A stretch of 54,333 nucleotides of DNA from assembly GCA_000697335.1 (NCBI GenBank), contig JNEM01012084.1, positions 1 through 54,333 of the forward strand, read 5' to 3'. The notes beneath the pieces are model-generated. The model was not told the DNA's origin, did no database searches, and worked only from the letters and a program-made list of their open reading frames with translations. Of the stretch, positions 35,622 through 48,240 are shown one piece after another. Source of the stretch: Conidiobolus incongruus B7586 (Eukaryota). Positions within the stretch are counted from its first letter, which is position 1. Each line of letters starts with the position of its first letter. The position numbers were made by a program, and so were the translations under genes.

Positions 35622-38600
35622 TTTTTATACTTTAAAAAAAAGTTTACAAATATTATTAATAAATATTACTTTAATATAAGTTATTGATTAAAAAAATTTT
35701 TTATATTAAAATTTGATTTAAATAAATTTTCTAAATTATAAAATGATTAAAAATTGTATAAAAAAAATAATAATATACATTTTCTTTTTGATTAAAATGA
35801 ATAATTTAATATAAAATAATTATTTTTATAATAATCCTTTTCAAATTTTTAAATTAATTTTAATAAGTTATAATTATATTTATTAATAATAAATTTTAAT
35901 TATAAAAATTATTAAATGATGTAATTACTAAATCATTCTATTAATTTGAATTTAAAATCAATATAATAAAAATAATATTAATTCAATGAAATAATAAAAG
36001 AAAATATTTTTCTTTATATTATATTAAAAATAAACTTAATATGAAAGAAAATAATTTATTATTTAATTTTAAATTATCGAACTAATTGTCAATTTTATAT
36101 ATTATGAAATTTTAATCAATATCTTTTCATTGACTGAATTTGTAATATGCTTAAATATTTTCATTAATATATGATAATAATCAACTCTTCAATTGCATTA
36201 TATTAACAATGCTATTCGATATAGTATATAACATATTTAGAAATGGAGATTTATTAGATATTATGCTATTTGAGTATACTATATATATATATATATATAT
36301 ATGAGTTAAATAAACTGATTTTATTTTATATAATCCATTGATCTGATTTATAGCAACTTAACGTATGTAAAATGAAATTTCAAGAATAATCTTAAATCAC
36401 ATAAAAGTTATTATCTTTTAGACTTATAATATAAAAAAAGAATTATAAATAATTAAATATTCTAAATATAAATTATTAAAAACTTTAAAATCCAAATTAA
36501 TTTAATAAATTTAATAGTATTTAAAATAAATTAGTAATTTTTTAATATATTTTTTGATCTAAAAATTTTTTTACTTTATTAAATTACTCAAGTTCAAAAG
36601 TATGATTAGATTCAATACTAGGACTTAAAATTCAAAAACTAATTTATAGAATATATGTATGTCATTTGATATATAAAGAATTAGTATTTATATATTTAAT
36701 ATCCATCAAACTTAAAATTACTTTTATAAGCAATTTAATTTAGTGATACTATTATTATTTTGTAAATATATATATATATATATATATATGAATTACATCA
36801 TTATCTGAGATGGACTAAAGAATTGTTAGATATGAATTTTGAACAAAATATCAAAGTACGTTAATACATTTGTATATTTATTGTATGTATTGTCAATATT
36901 ATAATTTAATAGATTGTTATCTACTTAATGTCATGATGATTGAAATTTCATTGATATCGGGTTTATTGATATATAATATATCTAATTAATTTCTGTTAGG
37001 AAATAGAAACTGATGCCAAATAAATAGCGCTTATGTATAAAAAATATGCTATATCTATCTACTGAAATAGTTTAGATAAAGGCGAATTTGAGTCTAAACC
37101 ATCTAATTCTAAATAATTATTAACTATCTAAAACTTAATTTACAAAACCTATTTATCTTGACTATTCCCATAAGAAATAAACTGAGCTCTTCGATTGGGA
37201 TACATTAATTTAATAGGCAAAGGCTTTGGACTAACCCAATCCAAACTTAACAACACTGATAAACTCATAATTTTTATCAAATAGTCAAATTGTTCAAAAC
37301 TTCATCAAAAGTTTAAGATTTTACTAAGTATAAATATGAATCTACTCTAAATTCAATATAAATCAAAACTGTTTATTATGAATTGAATTTGATTTTGATT
37401 TTGGAATGTGATCAAATATTGAATTAATGAAAATCCTTGAAATATACGAATTTTGAGCTGATGATTTGAATAGTATTGATTAATTTGGTATCTGATAATC
37501 GAATATCATTCAATATGGTTGTTAATTTTATATTGTTTAAATAAAGTAGGGATAATAAGACTATATTTAGTATATTTAATTAATGATCATAGATATAGAT
37601 GAAAATATTTACAATCAAGATATTCAACAAATAATTTATTGGGTCATTAATTTTTTATTTGTGACTAATTATTATTGGTAATTTAATATATATATATATA
37701 TAATGTTCCATTCAATCAAATAATAACTTTTTAACCTCTGAAAGTATTTTGGTAATATATCAATTGACATCTCTATAATTGAATAACTTCTATAAAATGA
37801 AAGTATATATATAATAGGATAATTAATTAAACAATAATTCAAAAATTTCTAATTAAAAAATTTTGTAAAATTCGCTAATGTTATATGATTATCGGGGTTT
37901 TATACAATAATAAACATTATATTAGAAAAATTAGTATTGAATTACGTTTTAGGGAAATATATGCATTATCCAATCCATTTTTTCAAACTCAATTTTCTTT
38001 ATCAATATCTCAAAAATTTATTGAGAATTTATTCAATGTTTTAACAATCTTTTCTTTTAAACTTAAATATTATTAACAATGTTATAAATATCACCGAATG
38101 TTAACAAGATTATGTTTATGTTATTTTAATGTTTTACAATTTGTATTCTGAATTGTTTGTGAATATTATATGTGACTTAATTAATTTTAAATATACTTAA
38201 AAAATCAAAATTATTATTTTATAATAATTTTGACATTATACCGCTTATTCAATAATTATATATATTCAATTAGAGATTAAAATTTAATTTAATTTAATTT
38301 TACATTATTAGTAAAGCATAATATATCATTTAATCCATTATACAACTATCAAAATATTGTTTATCTCATGAAATACTTCTAATTAATATTAATAATACAC
38401 AGATCTTAAACAATTTAGCTCATCAATATTTTCAAAATTTTGAATCAAATTTAACAATTTTACCAATTTTTCTCAATCTCTTACCCAAAAAGTCAATTTT
38501 GAGCAAATTGACTGAGGTATCGATTATAACAGAAGTTAGAAGATATTTAACCGGTTATTTACAGTTACATAAAATTGTCATAAGACTTGAAATGGCAATT

Positions 38601-39059
38601 TCTAAGAATATATTTTGGGATGTGTAACTAGTAATTGGCAATGTATTAATGATATCAGTCTTCATAGTGTGATTAGATCATCTCGAGAATCTTAATTATA
38701 TAAATTGTATTTAATATACATAACAATGAGTATGAATTTATAAATTGAATATTTATTAGAATTTTAAATTATTGAATCAAATGACTTGTAAAATATCTTG
38801 AATTTAAATTGGAAATCAAATTACTAACCTTCAAGATATTTTTTTTATTGAATAATTCTCTCATACTAATTTAATTAATATATAAATTTCAAAATTTGGA
38901 TTATTTTTATCGTTTGGATAGTTCACGTGATTCTTGAGGCTGCATTCTTTTTTCATCTCATGTTAATCTTGGATGCATGTTATAGTATTGGACGAGATTT
39001 TGTTAGAGGAATTGGGAACTAAAATTTGCACGTTTTAGCATGGAGAACTATGGCAAAGT

Positions 39060-39350
39060 GATATAAATCTGTATAATACTCAGATTGATACATACGCTGA
39101 CCGCCTATGAAAATTCAACTATTTGATGCATGACTAAAAGAACTTACATAAGCAAATACACTTTACATGCAATATACTCACCAAATAATTATTCCTATTA
39201 AACTCGTTCGATTAAGGATGTAGATATTGATAAACATTGAGATCAGGAATTCGTGCAACTATAAACTTTTTTGAGTCACGCGCTAGATGGAGTGGATCTA
39301 GATTTCCCCATTTCACTCGGGGCGACGCCCTCCTTAACACAGTGGCCAAA
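39060..39350 (-). mobile_element. Decayed non-LTR (LINE-like) reverse transcriptase fragment
   Basis: Isolated GC-richer island. Minus frame FGHCVKEGVAPSEMGKSRSTP...KKVYSCTNS*SQCLSISTSLIERV, then FHRRSAYVSI*VL in another frame, follows the order of the LINE RT N-terminal motifs FN.CL..G..P.EWK.S....I.K......NYRPI.L.S...K..ERV...GF...RS. Confidence 0.5.
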
Positions 39351-40835
39351 TTGTAAGTTTTTTGAATTTACAATATATTAGCTGTTGTACTAGCTGATGG
39401 TGATGTATACTCACTATGTTATAATTTGTCATTTTTGGTAATATTAATTGGGTTTATAACTCATAAAATGTATTACAACAACAAAATCTTTTCAATATCT
39501 CAATTAGAATTCCGTAGTTTAATATTAATCAACTTTTGATGTAATTAAACTAGAAATTTATATTGAGGGTTTGAATTCTTATTATCTCAAAATTATCAAT
39601 CCCAATAATAACGTGATTAAAAGTTCCAATAATTGAATAAAATGAGTGTAAAACATATTATAATAATATTTAAGTTATAATAACTAAAGATAAATAATTG
39701 GTTATTATCAATCTGTAAATCTAAATTCAAATACTATTAACACATTATCTAGATCTATATAGTTATATCCACTTTTGTAATATCACAATGTTTATATACC
39801 AAACACAATCCAAAATTTAAGCATATAATTCAATACTAAAATAAAAATTGAACCGGAACCCAGACATTAACAAGTCTCCCAATGTCGGATTTACTAATTC
39901 ACTTTTATCAAATATTGAGGTTAAATTTGTTACCTGATAAAATTTAATATTCATATAGTTCTGAATAGTCAAACCGATCAAATTTTAATTAATCTAAAAT
40001 ATTGATCGAAGTTAAATATTTAATAATCTCAGATAAATAAAAGTAATTCTTGTATATTAAATAAGATATTTAAAAAGGGAATTAATAGAGTTTTACAGGG
40101 ATTATATATATTTATATTAGATTAAAAGTTATTAAGAATATATTTTAGACACATAATAGTGAGTCAATTTGTATCATAAGAATTTTCTCATGTTCTTTCA
40201 AAAATTTTCAAAAGATTATCAGATTTTTATCTTTATGGTAGTTTTTAAATATTTTGGGATATTATTTTAACCAATAATTTAGAGATTCTATAGTGTGGTT
40301 AATAGAAAATGATATGATATTGAAATTCAGTCAAATTATGATAGGTAGAGATAATTTTTTCCTAAATGAAATAATTCGCATTACACACATATATATATAT
40401 ATATATCTTTGGTCTATTGTGTACAAACTAACATATCCGAAATAAACCATTGGAGAGTATTAATAACAAGAGATATCCACTAAATTGAGAAAAATGAATT
40501 GGGACCAAATTAGAAAATTTACAATAATTTTAGTCTTGATTCGTTAATCTTGAAATTTCATGATACACAAAGATTGGGTATTTAGGTTTATATATAAATC
40601 AAGGTAAGATGGAATGAGTTCATACTATTGATATTATTAAATCACTAAAGATTCGTCTTACTTCATCATTTTTATACCTATTATTGATTTATTTTATTCA
40701 GAGGTGTTGTAATTACCTCTAATCACTATTTAAGAGGTATACTAAGTCATTAAAACTAGTCCATTACAGTATAGTATTTGATAAGCATTACCTTCCCCAT
40801 ACTAATCAATAATACCCATTACTTCTATTCAAGTT

Positions 40836-42997
40836 ATGGGATTGAATTTTATCAAATTATTCTTTTTAAGTTTTGTATTATATTTTTACGCTAGTCAACA
40901 TGTTGAGAAGAGCGATTTACCAGAGATATTAAGTTTTGATGTACCTAAAGTTGTGTTGTATAACTTTGATTGGGATTGCAAAGTATCTATCGCCTATTCT
41001 GGTAATTAATCTTGAAATTTGATTAAGTTTAATTAATTATTCATTCATTAATTTTAGATGTTAAAATTGCCAATTCCACATTTTATTATCAAATTTTAGA
41101 GGGTTGGGATCAAGATAATCTCAAATTGTTGCAAGAAGGAGAACTTGCTAGAAATGAAAATAACTCTTTGACTAACTCGTTAACCCTCGTCCAGGGCCAG
41201 CTCGCCTCCATTTATCAATTCAGTCTTGAAGGTTTAGAGAATCGTGTTACCCGTCAAGTTTACTTCCGTATCAAGTCCGCCTTGAATTCCCCCGAAGTCT
41301 TGACGGAGGCGAAGGAGCAAATTCATGGTCTTCCTGGATGGACTACCCTCATTCCCATTATTATTTTGCTATTGGTCAGTTTTTTCTCTGGCCAAGCTTT
41401 GGTCGCTCTCATCGTAGGTATCTTCTTGGGAAGTATGTTTGTCAATGGTTTCAATCCTCTTACAGGGTTCATGAGAATGATCGATTACTATATCATTCAT
41501 GCTCTTGCTGACTCAGATCACGCCAAAGTTATTATGTTCACATTCTATCTTTCAGGGATGGTCACTTTGTTACAGAAATCGGGTGGTGCTGGGGCACTCG
41601 CTCAACTCTTGGGGAAATTAGCCACCAACAGAATTCGCGCTCAATGGTCAGTTTATTTAGCCGGTTGGTTGATTTTCTTAGATGATTTGGCCAGTTGTTT
41701 GATTGTTGGAGGTAATTTGTATACTGTCACTGATCAATATATGATCAGTAGAGAGAAAGTTGCTTGGTTGGTTCACTTGACCTCTGCCCCTCTCACTAGT
41801 TTGGCTCCCATTTCTAGTTGGATTGGTTTCCAGCTTGGTCTTTTGGGACCTCAATTGAAAGACGCTCAAGTAGATCAACAGCCCTTCATCTTCTTTTTAA
41901 ATACTTTGCCCTCCCGTTACTTTCCAGTCTTGGCTCTTGTTTTAGCTTTTGTTCTTCTCGTTTTCAACCGTGATTTTGGCTCTATTTTGCGCGCTGAGCG
42001 TCGTGCCATGAACTTGAAACAAGTTATGCCCATTGAAGAGGTTGGAGGAGGTGGTCCTGAAGAAATCGACTTCTTGGAACCTGATGAAGATGCTCCCAAG
42101 CGCTGGTATAACGCCGGTATCCCCATTATTGTTACTGTTGCTATTACGATCCTCAGCTTATTCCTTCAAGGATACTACACTCTGCTGGAAAAGGCCGAGA
42201 CCGACTCCACTATCGAATTTACCGCTGCGAACATTGCTGGTAATGGTGATTCTTATAACGCTCTCTTATACGGATCTTTTGTAGGATGTCTCGTGGCTAT
42301 GGCTATGTATCGCATCCAAGGCATCATGAACTTTAATTTCATCATGGACGTGTTCATGTATGGTCTCAAGGATATGGTATCCACTATGTTAATTCTCGTT
42401 TGCGCTTGGGGTATTGGTCTCGTATTCGTCGACCTCAAAGTTCCTATTTTCCTTTCCAGTGTTCTTAAGAAATCTGTTCCTGCTGGTTTGGTTCCATTTT
42501 TAACTTACATTCTCTCCTGCATCATTTCATTTGTCACCGGTACTAGTTGGGGTACTATGACCATTCTTCTTCCTCTCGTTATGCCCCTTGCTAAGTCTCT
42601 TGATCCTGAAATGAACACTGACATCCTCACATCGAGTGCAGCTGCCGTATTCTCAGGAGCTCTCTTTGGTGATTTGTGCAGTCCTCTCTCAGCCACTACT
42701 ATTCTTACATCGCTTTCCCTTAAAATCTCAGTTAAGACCCACGTTAGTTCACAATTACCTTACGCCATCGTTGTTATCTTTATCGGTGCTATCGCTGGAC
42801 ATCTTCCCGTTGGTTTTGGATTATACAAATCCTGGGTGGGATTACTTGTTGGTATCGGTATCATTGTTGCCTTCGTTTTCTTATTCACAGTTCCTACAGA
42901 AAGTACTCAAATGGGACGTATTGACTGGTTATTAATGAAATTTGGCTTTAATATCACCAAGGATTTGGATAAAGAAGTTGAAGATAAAGCTATCTAA
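40836..42997 (+). CDS. NhaC-family (IT superfamily) Na+/H+ antiporter or solute transporter with added signal-like N-terminus and soluble domain; 2 exons (40836-41001, 41058-42997), 701 aa
   Basis: Motifs KSGG..AL, IFLDD...CLIVG, TD...ISREKVAW, SAP.....PISSWIG, ISFVTGTSWGTM.IL.P, GALFGD.CSPLS.TTIL.S and HV.SQLPYA, with many TM segments. The upstream exon splices in frame via GTAATT..TTTAG. Confidence 0.9.
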
Positions 42998-44978
42998 TCG
43001 ACAAATAACAATAGTAGATTCAATCAAAGTATTAACCTGTTATTTATAACATATGAAATAATTTTATTTAATAAAAACAACTAATCTAAATCATTATTAA
43101 AATTTTAATTTTCTATATTTTCTTTATATTTTAAAATATTATTAACCCAATCAATTAAGTAATAATTTTCAATATTATTCAAATATTGATACATTCAAAA
43201 TAATAACAATATTATTCGTTCCTTCTCTAAATAAGAATACTCATATTAATGTATCATCATTTCATAAATATCTAAAATAGCAATCCATACTGCTATTAAG
43301 CTGAAATTATCTTTTTAGTTTCATATAATTTACCAATAATAAAATACTACAAAAAATAATCAGATAACTACAAAAATCTAGATCAAAAATATCAAATAAT
43401 TTGATTTGAAATCCCATTTTTGGATTATCTGATAAACTAAAATTTTGAAATTCAAAAATTATCTGATAAAGACAATCATTATGAAGTGAGTAAATTGGGT
43501 CTGTAGTAAGTTAATAGAGAATTTAAGTGATTGTGGTAATACTTTGTGGTTGACAGTTTTTGAAAATTTCCAACTTTAACTGTTTGGTTATTTATCCAAG
43601 TGATGAGAATATTAAGTGGAAAAAATGAGTGTATATTTTGGTTTTCGTAATTGATTAATGCGTTAATTATAGTAATATAATAATTATTTTCATTATGATT
43701 TTATATAGAAAATATTATTTTTATATAATAAAATCTATAATTATAAATTACATAAATTAACAAGTCAATATAAATTTTTGAGATATACTTTAATAGTATA
43801 GGTTGTTAATAGATTGAAGTATGATCAGGTCGAATATAAAATTACATTATTTGTCATCAGATTCTAATATTCAATTTGAAAAAATGATTCATCATAAATA
43901 TATGCATATGTATTATTATTTTCACTTATATTAATTAAATTTGGATAAACCTTTATTAAAAATACTTGTAACTCTTCAAAATTTTTATAATAAATCATTG
44001 TTGAAATATGAAAATGATAATTTTAGTGACAAATAACTTTGGAATGTTCAATTTTTGGATTGTGAATATTCAATATTACATCAAATCTTCAATAATATTA
44101 AAAATATATTTTAAATATGATAAACACGTATATTGGATTACTCTTGATTTGGATTTAAATATAGAAATATTATTACAGTTTGATAAGTTAATTTCTTCAA
44201 TAATTTTAACTACTTGAAATTATATAATCCCAATTTCCAATCCTAATAAATATATAAATTTATTTTAGAAATATTGTACTAAACAAATGAATTTAAAGTT
44301 ATGAATTTTTATTTTAACAAAATTTTATTCATTTATTCAAAGATTTTAAGATACCATGGAAAATAAATATCATAAATTTGACTCAATACTATAAAACCTA
44401 CTCAAAAATATAAACTTTGATTTCTATTTTTTTTGTCGAATTTTGTTATTACATCAAAAAATATATAATTTTTAACTTTGTCATGTTTGAGGATTTAAGG
44501 CCAAAAATTAAAATAATTAAAAGTAAATATTAAATGATAAAACATTTTAATGCATTAGGTAATCTAACGCTGATTCTAATAATTGACTATTCAACATGTA
44601 GGAAAGTTTTTAGATAAGTAAAGATTTGATATAAAATGTATTGATTCAAGAAAAAGGTGTGTAATAGTCAAATAAGTCATGCCATCACACTTATATATTC
44701 AAGTTATCGAAAATAGAATGCAATTTAGCAGGTAACATTACGGGGAATTTTGAATAAAAAGCTGAATTTTTCGGTAAATGGTATAATGAAATTAAAATCA
44801 ATGTTTAATATGATGATAAATTTAATATCAAATTTTGAAATCAATTTCCATAATAATAAAATGAACATTTATTTAAGGTATAATAATAATTTAATATAAA
44901 ACGATTAGGATAGATATAGCAATATAGGAATCAATTACAGAGAGCGAATATCCTAGTTATTGATAGTGTTACAGATAA

Positions 44979-47850
44979 TTAATGAGCTTCGGTAGACTGA
45001 GGCTGATTAGCTTCAGCCATTTCAAGTTTAGCTTTAGCCTGAAGCGATTTGATATAACTCTCGGACCAAAGCGAAATATCCTGATGATCCTCCTCCAATG
45101 GTTGGGCCATCGTTCTCAAAAATTTTTTGGAGACAGCAACCGCCATATCTGTGGATAAATTGAGGTTGGCGTCCGTCATATACTGCTGAATCCATTTGGG
45201 TAGTTTGGATTTTTTATCGGATCTGGAGTATCTCTAATGATAAGTGTTAATTACAGAGTATATTCAATAGTTATATTATGTTACCTTATCAACAAATACC
45301 ATTAATCCATAATCAGTTTTACCTCTGAGTACACGTCCAACACATTGGGCAGCGTGTCTCATTGCATCAAATGTCAAGTAATCATTTTCACGAATACCGT
45401 GATTATCTCTTAAGAATTCCAATCGAGCCTGGTATTAAAACAAATTAGCAACAAGCTATTATTGATCATATGATATAATTACCCTTAAGATACGTGACTG
45501 AGTGTATTGATAAGGAATACCAAACATCAATACAGCTCTACCATAGTTGTTATCAAAATCAACTCCTTCCGATACTTTACCACGAGCTACAGATAATAAA
45601 ATAGCTCCTCTACCATTGTCACAAGCCTAATGTTGATAATATTTAGTAAGTTTATTATGGTACATTATTGTGTATATTACCAATCTATAATTCTCCAAAG
45701 CCAAACTGGTTTCAGCAGCATCTGGCGTTTCGACAAAGATAAGCTTGTACTTCCAAGCTTGATTCAAGATACCCATATCACTCCACATTGCGACAATGGA
45801 CTCCATATAAAGATACGAAGGAAAGAAGGCGACGATACCATCAGGAACGGATTTGGCATACTCAATTAAAATATTGCCGAAATTTCTGACGACTGAGAGT
45901 TGATTACGAATTTCGAATTTGGAACTGACGGCAACTTGATCACTTCCACGCGTAATAACCTAAGCAGGATATAAATACACGGTAACGAAAGATGAATTAT
46001 GTATAAATTACCATGGGTAAGAAACAGTTTCTAGTAAGTGTCATAGTGTAAGATTGTTCAAGAACAGTAGTGAAATCAAGCATTCTAGGATACATTTCGG
46101 GTGGAGAAAGTGTACCAGAGGTAATAACTACAGTTGAGAATCGGTCAAATACAGGTCTGATAGCCATGGAAGGATCCAAACAGCTAAAATCAAATTAGTT
46201 GAATTGCTAAAAGAATGAATATGGAATAATTTCTTACACCAAATGGAAAATAGGATTTGGGACGGTAGCAGTATCGCTTTCAAAAGGTTCCAAAATCAAA
46301 ATGAAACCTCTGTCATAAGTAGAAACAAGTGTAGCAAATTCTGCTACAGTCTGTAAATGCGAATACTGGTCCAAATCGTTAATTTCAAGAGTCTTGACCA
46401 AGGATGATAATCTCTCTGCACACATTCTCAAAGGTCTTCCATCGATAAATGTAATTTCTTTTAAATGGCGAATGAAAGAGCTGGGTGTTTCTGCAACCAC
46501 ATGCATTACTCTCATACGTGTCTATTGCCAGAATGATGAATAGTTGAAGAAATTTCAGACCATATGCAACAATTACCTTAATATATTCAATAAATCGTTT
46601 CAAAAATGCGACGAAATGAGTAGCTTTACGAATGTTACCAGGAACTGCTTCGCTCAAGACATCTTCTGGAAGGACAGGATTAGCCATGATGACTTCATCT
46701 CTAACCATTTGTTCATTTTCGCGTAATCCTAAATAAATAAATATAAATTCTCTTCAGAATACAAAATATAAATTACCTGCGACAAGTCGATTATATTCTT
46801 CTTGTAGTTTGTCAGCGTTAGTTTCTTGAATTCTAAATTCGATTTAATTTAAATTCCATTAATAAAATAAACTATAAATACTGTTGAACTCTCTCAGATA
46901 GTTTCTCGACACTCTTATAACTATTATCCAATATTTGTGTATTTAAATCGATGCTTAGAGATTCTAAACATACGTTATCTAATAATTTTCAATAAATATA
47001 AAGTACAGAAATTATCATTCATCAGTTGATTTACCAATATTGTGAGCTTCATCAAACACCACAATAGCATCTTTTGAGATATCCCTGGAGATTAAATTGG
47101 CAACCTTGGGATCTAATAGGTAGTGATAACTGTAAATGATAACATCTGTAAATTTCAACTACAAGCCACAATTAAATCCCAATATTAAATAGAAATAATT
47201 GTATATTACCATCCTTCTAGTTAAAAAATAGGGACAAATACCATGAGCTGCACTCCAAATTTTCAAATCCTCTAAGGTATAAACACCTGCTGGAATTTTC
47301 CAATTTTCGTCATTCTTTTCCAATTTCTATTAAAAAATAATTAGCTAATTTAATAATATGACGAGTTTAAAATTACTTCAAAAAAATCACAAACTGGAAT
47401 ATTTTCACCATTTTGATGTTTTTCACGAACCCAGGGCGCCGTCAAATTCCTGCATTGAGCATCCACTATCTTACCCCACTTCTTAGTATTGACGCTGGGA
47501 TTTAGACATAAATTTTTTCTAGAAGTCATACCAATCGCCATAAAGTCTTTGTCTTCGCATCCCTGCTTCTTTCGATAATCCATAAGTCGCTTCAACTCCG
47601 TCAAGGCTTTTTCAATTTCTGGAATTGTACGGGAACAGTACACGAGCTTCCTGCGACCAGGATAATGCTGCTGATAAGCAATAATTAAAGCGAGTAAAGA
47701 AATTGTTTTCCCGGTACCAGAGGGCATTTCCAAAATGCAGTGACCCTTAGCGTCGATAGTTTTCTTTAAATCGCACATGTAAGCGTACTGTTCGGGGTAA
47801 ACGTAGTCATAAGGAAAGTGAACTGTTAGATCATCTAATTGAAATTTCAT
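44979..47850 (-). CDS. RAD3 (XPD): TFIIH 5'-3' DNA helicase Rad3/XPD/ERCC2; about 12 exons
   Basis: [39 protein letters not shown] (Fe-S), [58 protein letters not shown] and NLSTDMA....[10 protein letters not shown]; 11 short GT-AG introns. Confidence 0.97.
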
Positions 47851-47950
47851 AACCTTTTTATTTATGTAATTTAATATTGAAAATTCTAATTATGAATTAA
47901 ATTCAACGACTTGTAGTTTTATTTATAATCGCAATACCAAGTTCGGTTAT

Positions 47951-47966
47951 TTATGGGATTTGTAAT
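47951..47966 (-). promoter_or_regulatory. Upstream motif ATTACAAATCCCATAA
   Basis: Plus-strand TTATGGGATTTGTAAT, 101-116 bp upstream of the RAD3 ATG; identical to 19555-19570. Confidence 0.6.
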
Positions 47967-48240
47967 TTATCTTTTTAAGATAAGAATTAGGTCAAAGTAT
48001 TCCTTAAACATTCAACAAGAATAATATTTTATAATACTTTTCATTGGTTTTTATTAGTAAAGCATATCAATAAATAAATAATAAATTTTTAATCTATATG
48101 ATTGAGTCTTCCATCATTAGATCAGAATAAAATTATTGAATAGTTGGATGATTAATAATTTTTATTAATTATATATTAATTTTAAACTTTATGCACTATT
48201 AACAAATGGGGGTTTGATTCAAAATTAATGAAATCGAAAT

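Noticed and set aside
38960..38995. Plus-frame LILDACYS resembling a caspase/metacaspase catalytic motif
   Set aside because: Short stop-bounded frame with no His-Gly motif; adjacent to the opposite-strand RT relic.
39281..39349. tRNA-like look (CCCCA-TTTCACT-CGGGG, apparent TCA anticodon, ending CCA) suggesting a Sec or suppressor tRNA
   Set aside because: No GTTCRA T loop, no proper acceptor stem, pyrimidine at position 37; better explained as antisense of an RT relic.
40700..40830. AGAGGTG resembles the start of a lysine riboswitch upstream of an NhaC-family gene
   Set aside because: None of the remaining L-box or TPP aptamer elements are visible.
40834..40842. Sixth exact ATCCCATAA hit (minus strand)
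   Set aside because: Overlaps the NhaC ATG-GGA codons in antisense; likely coincidental.
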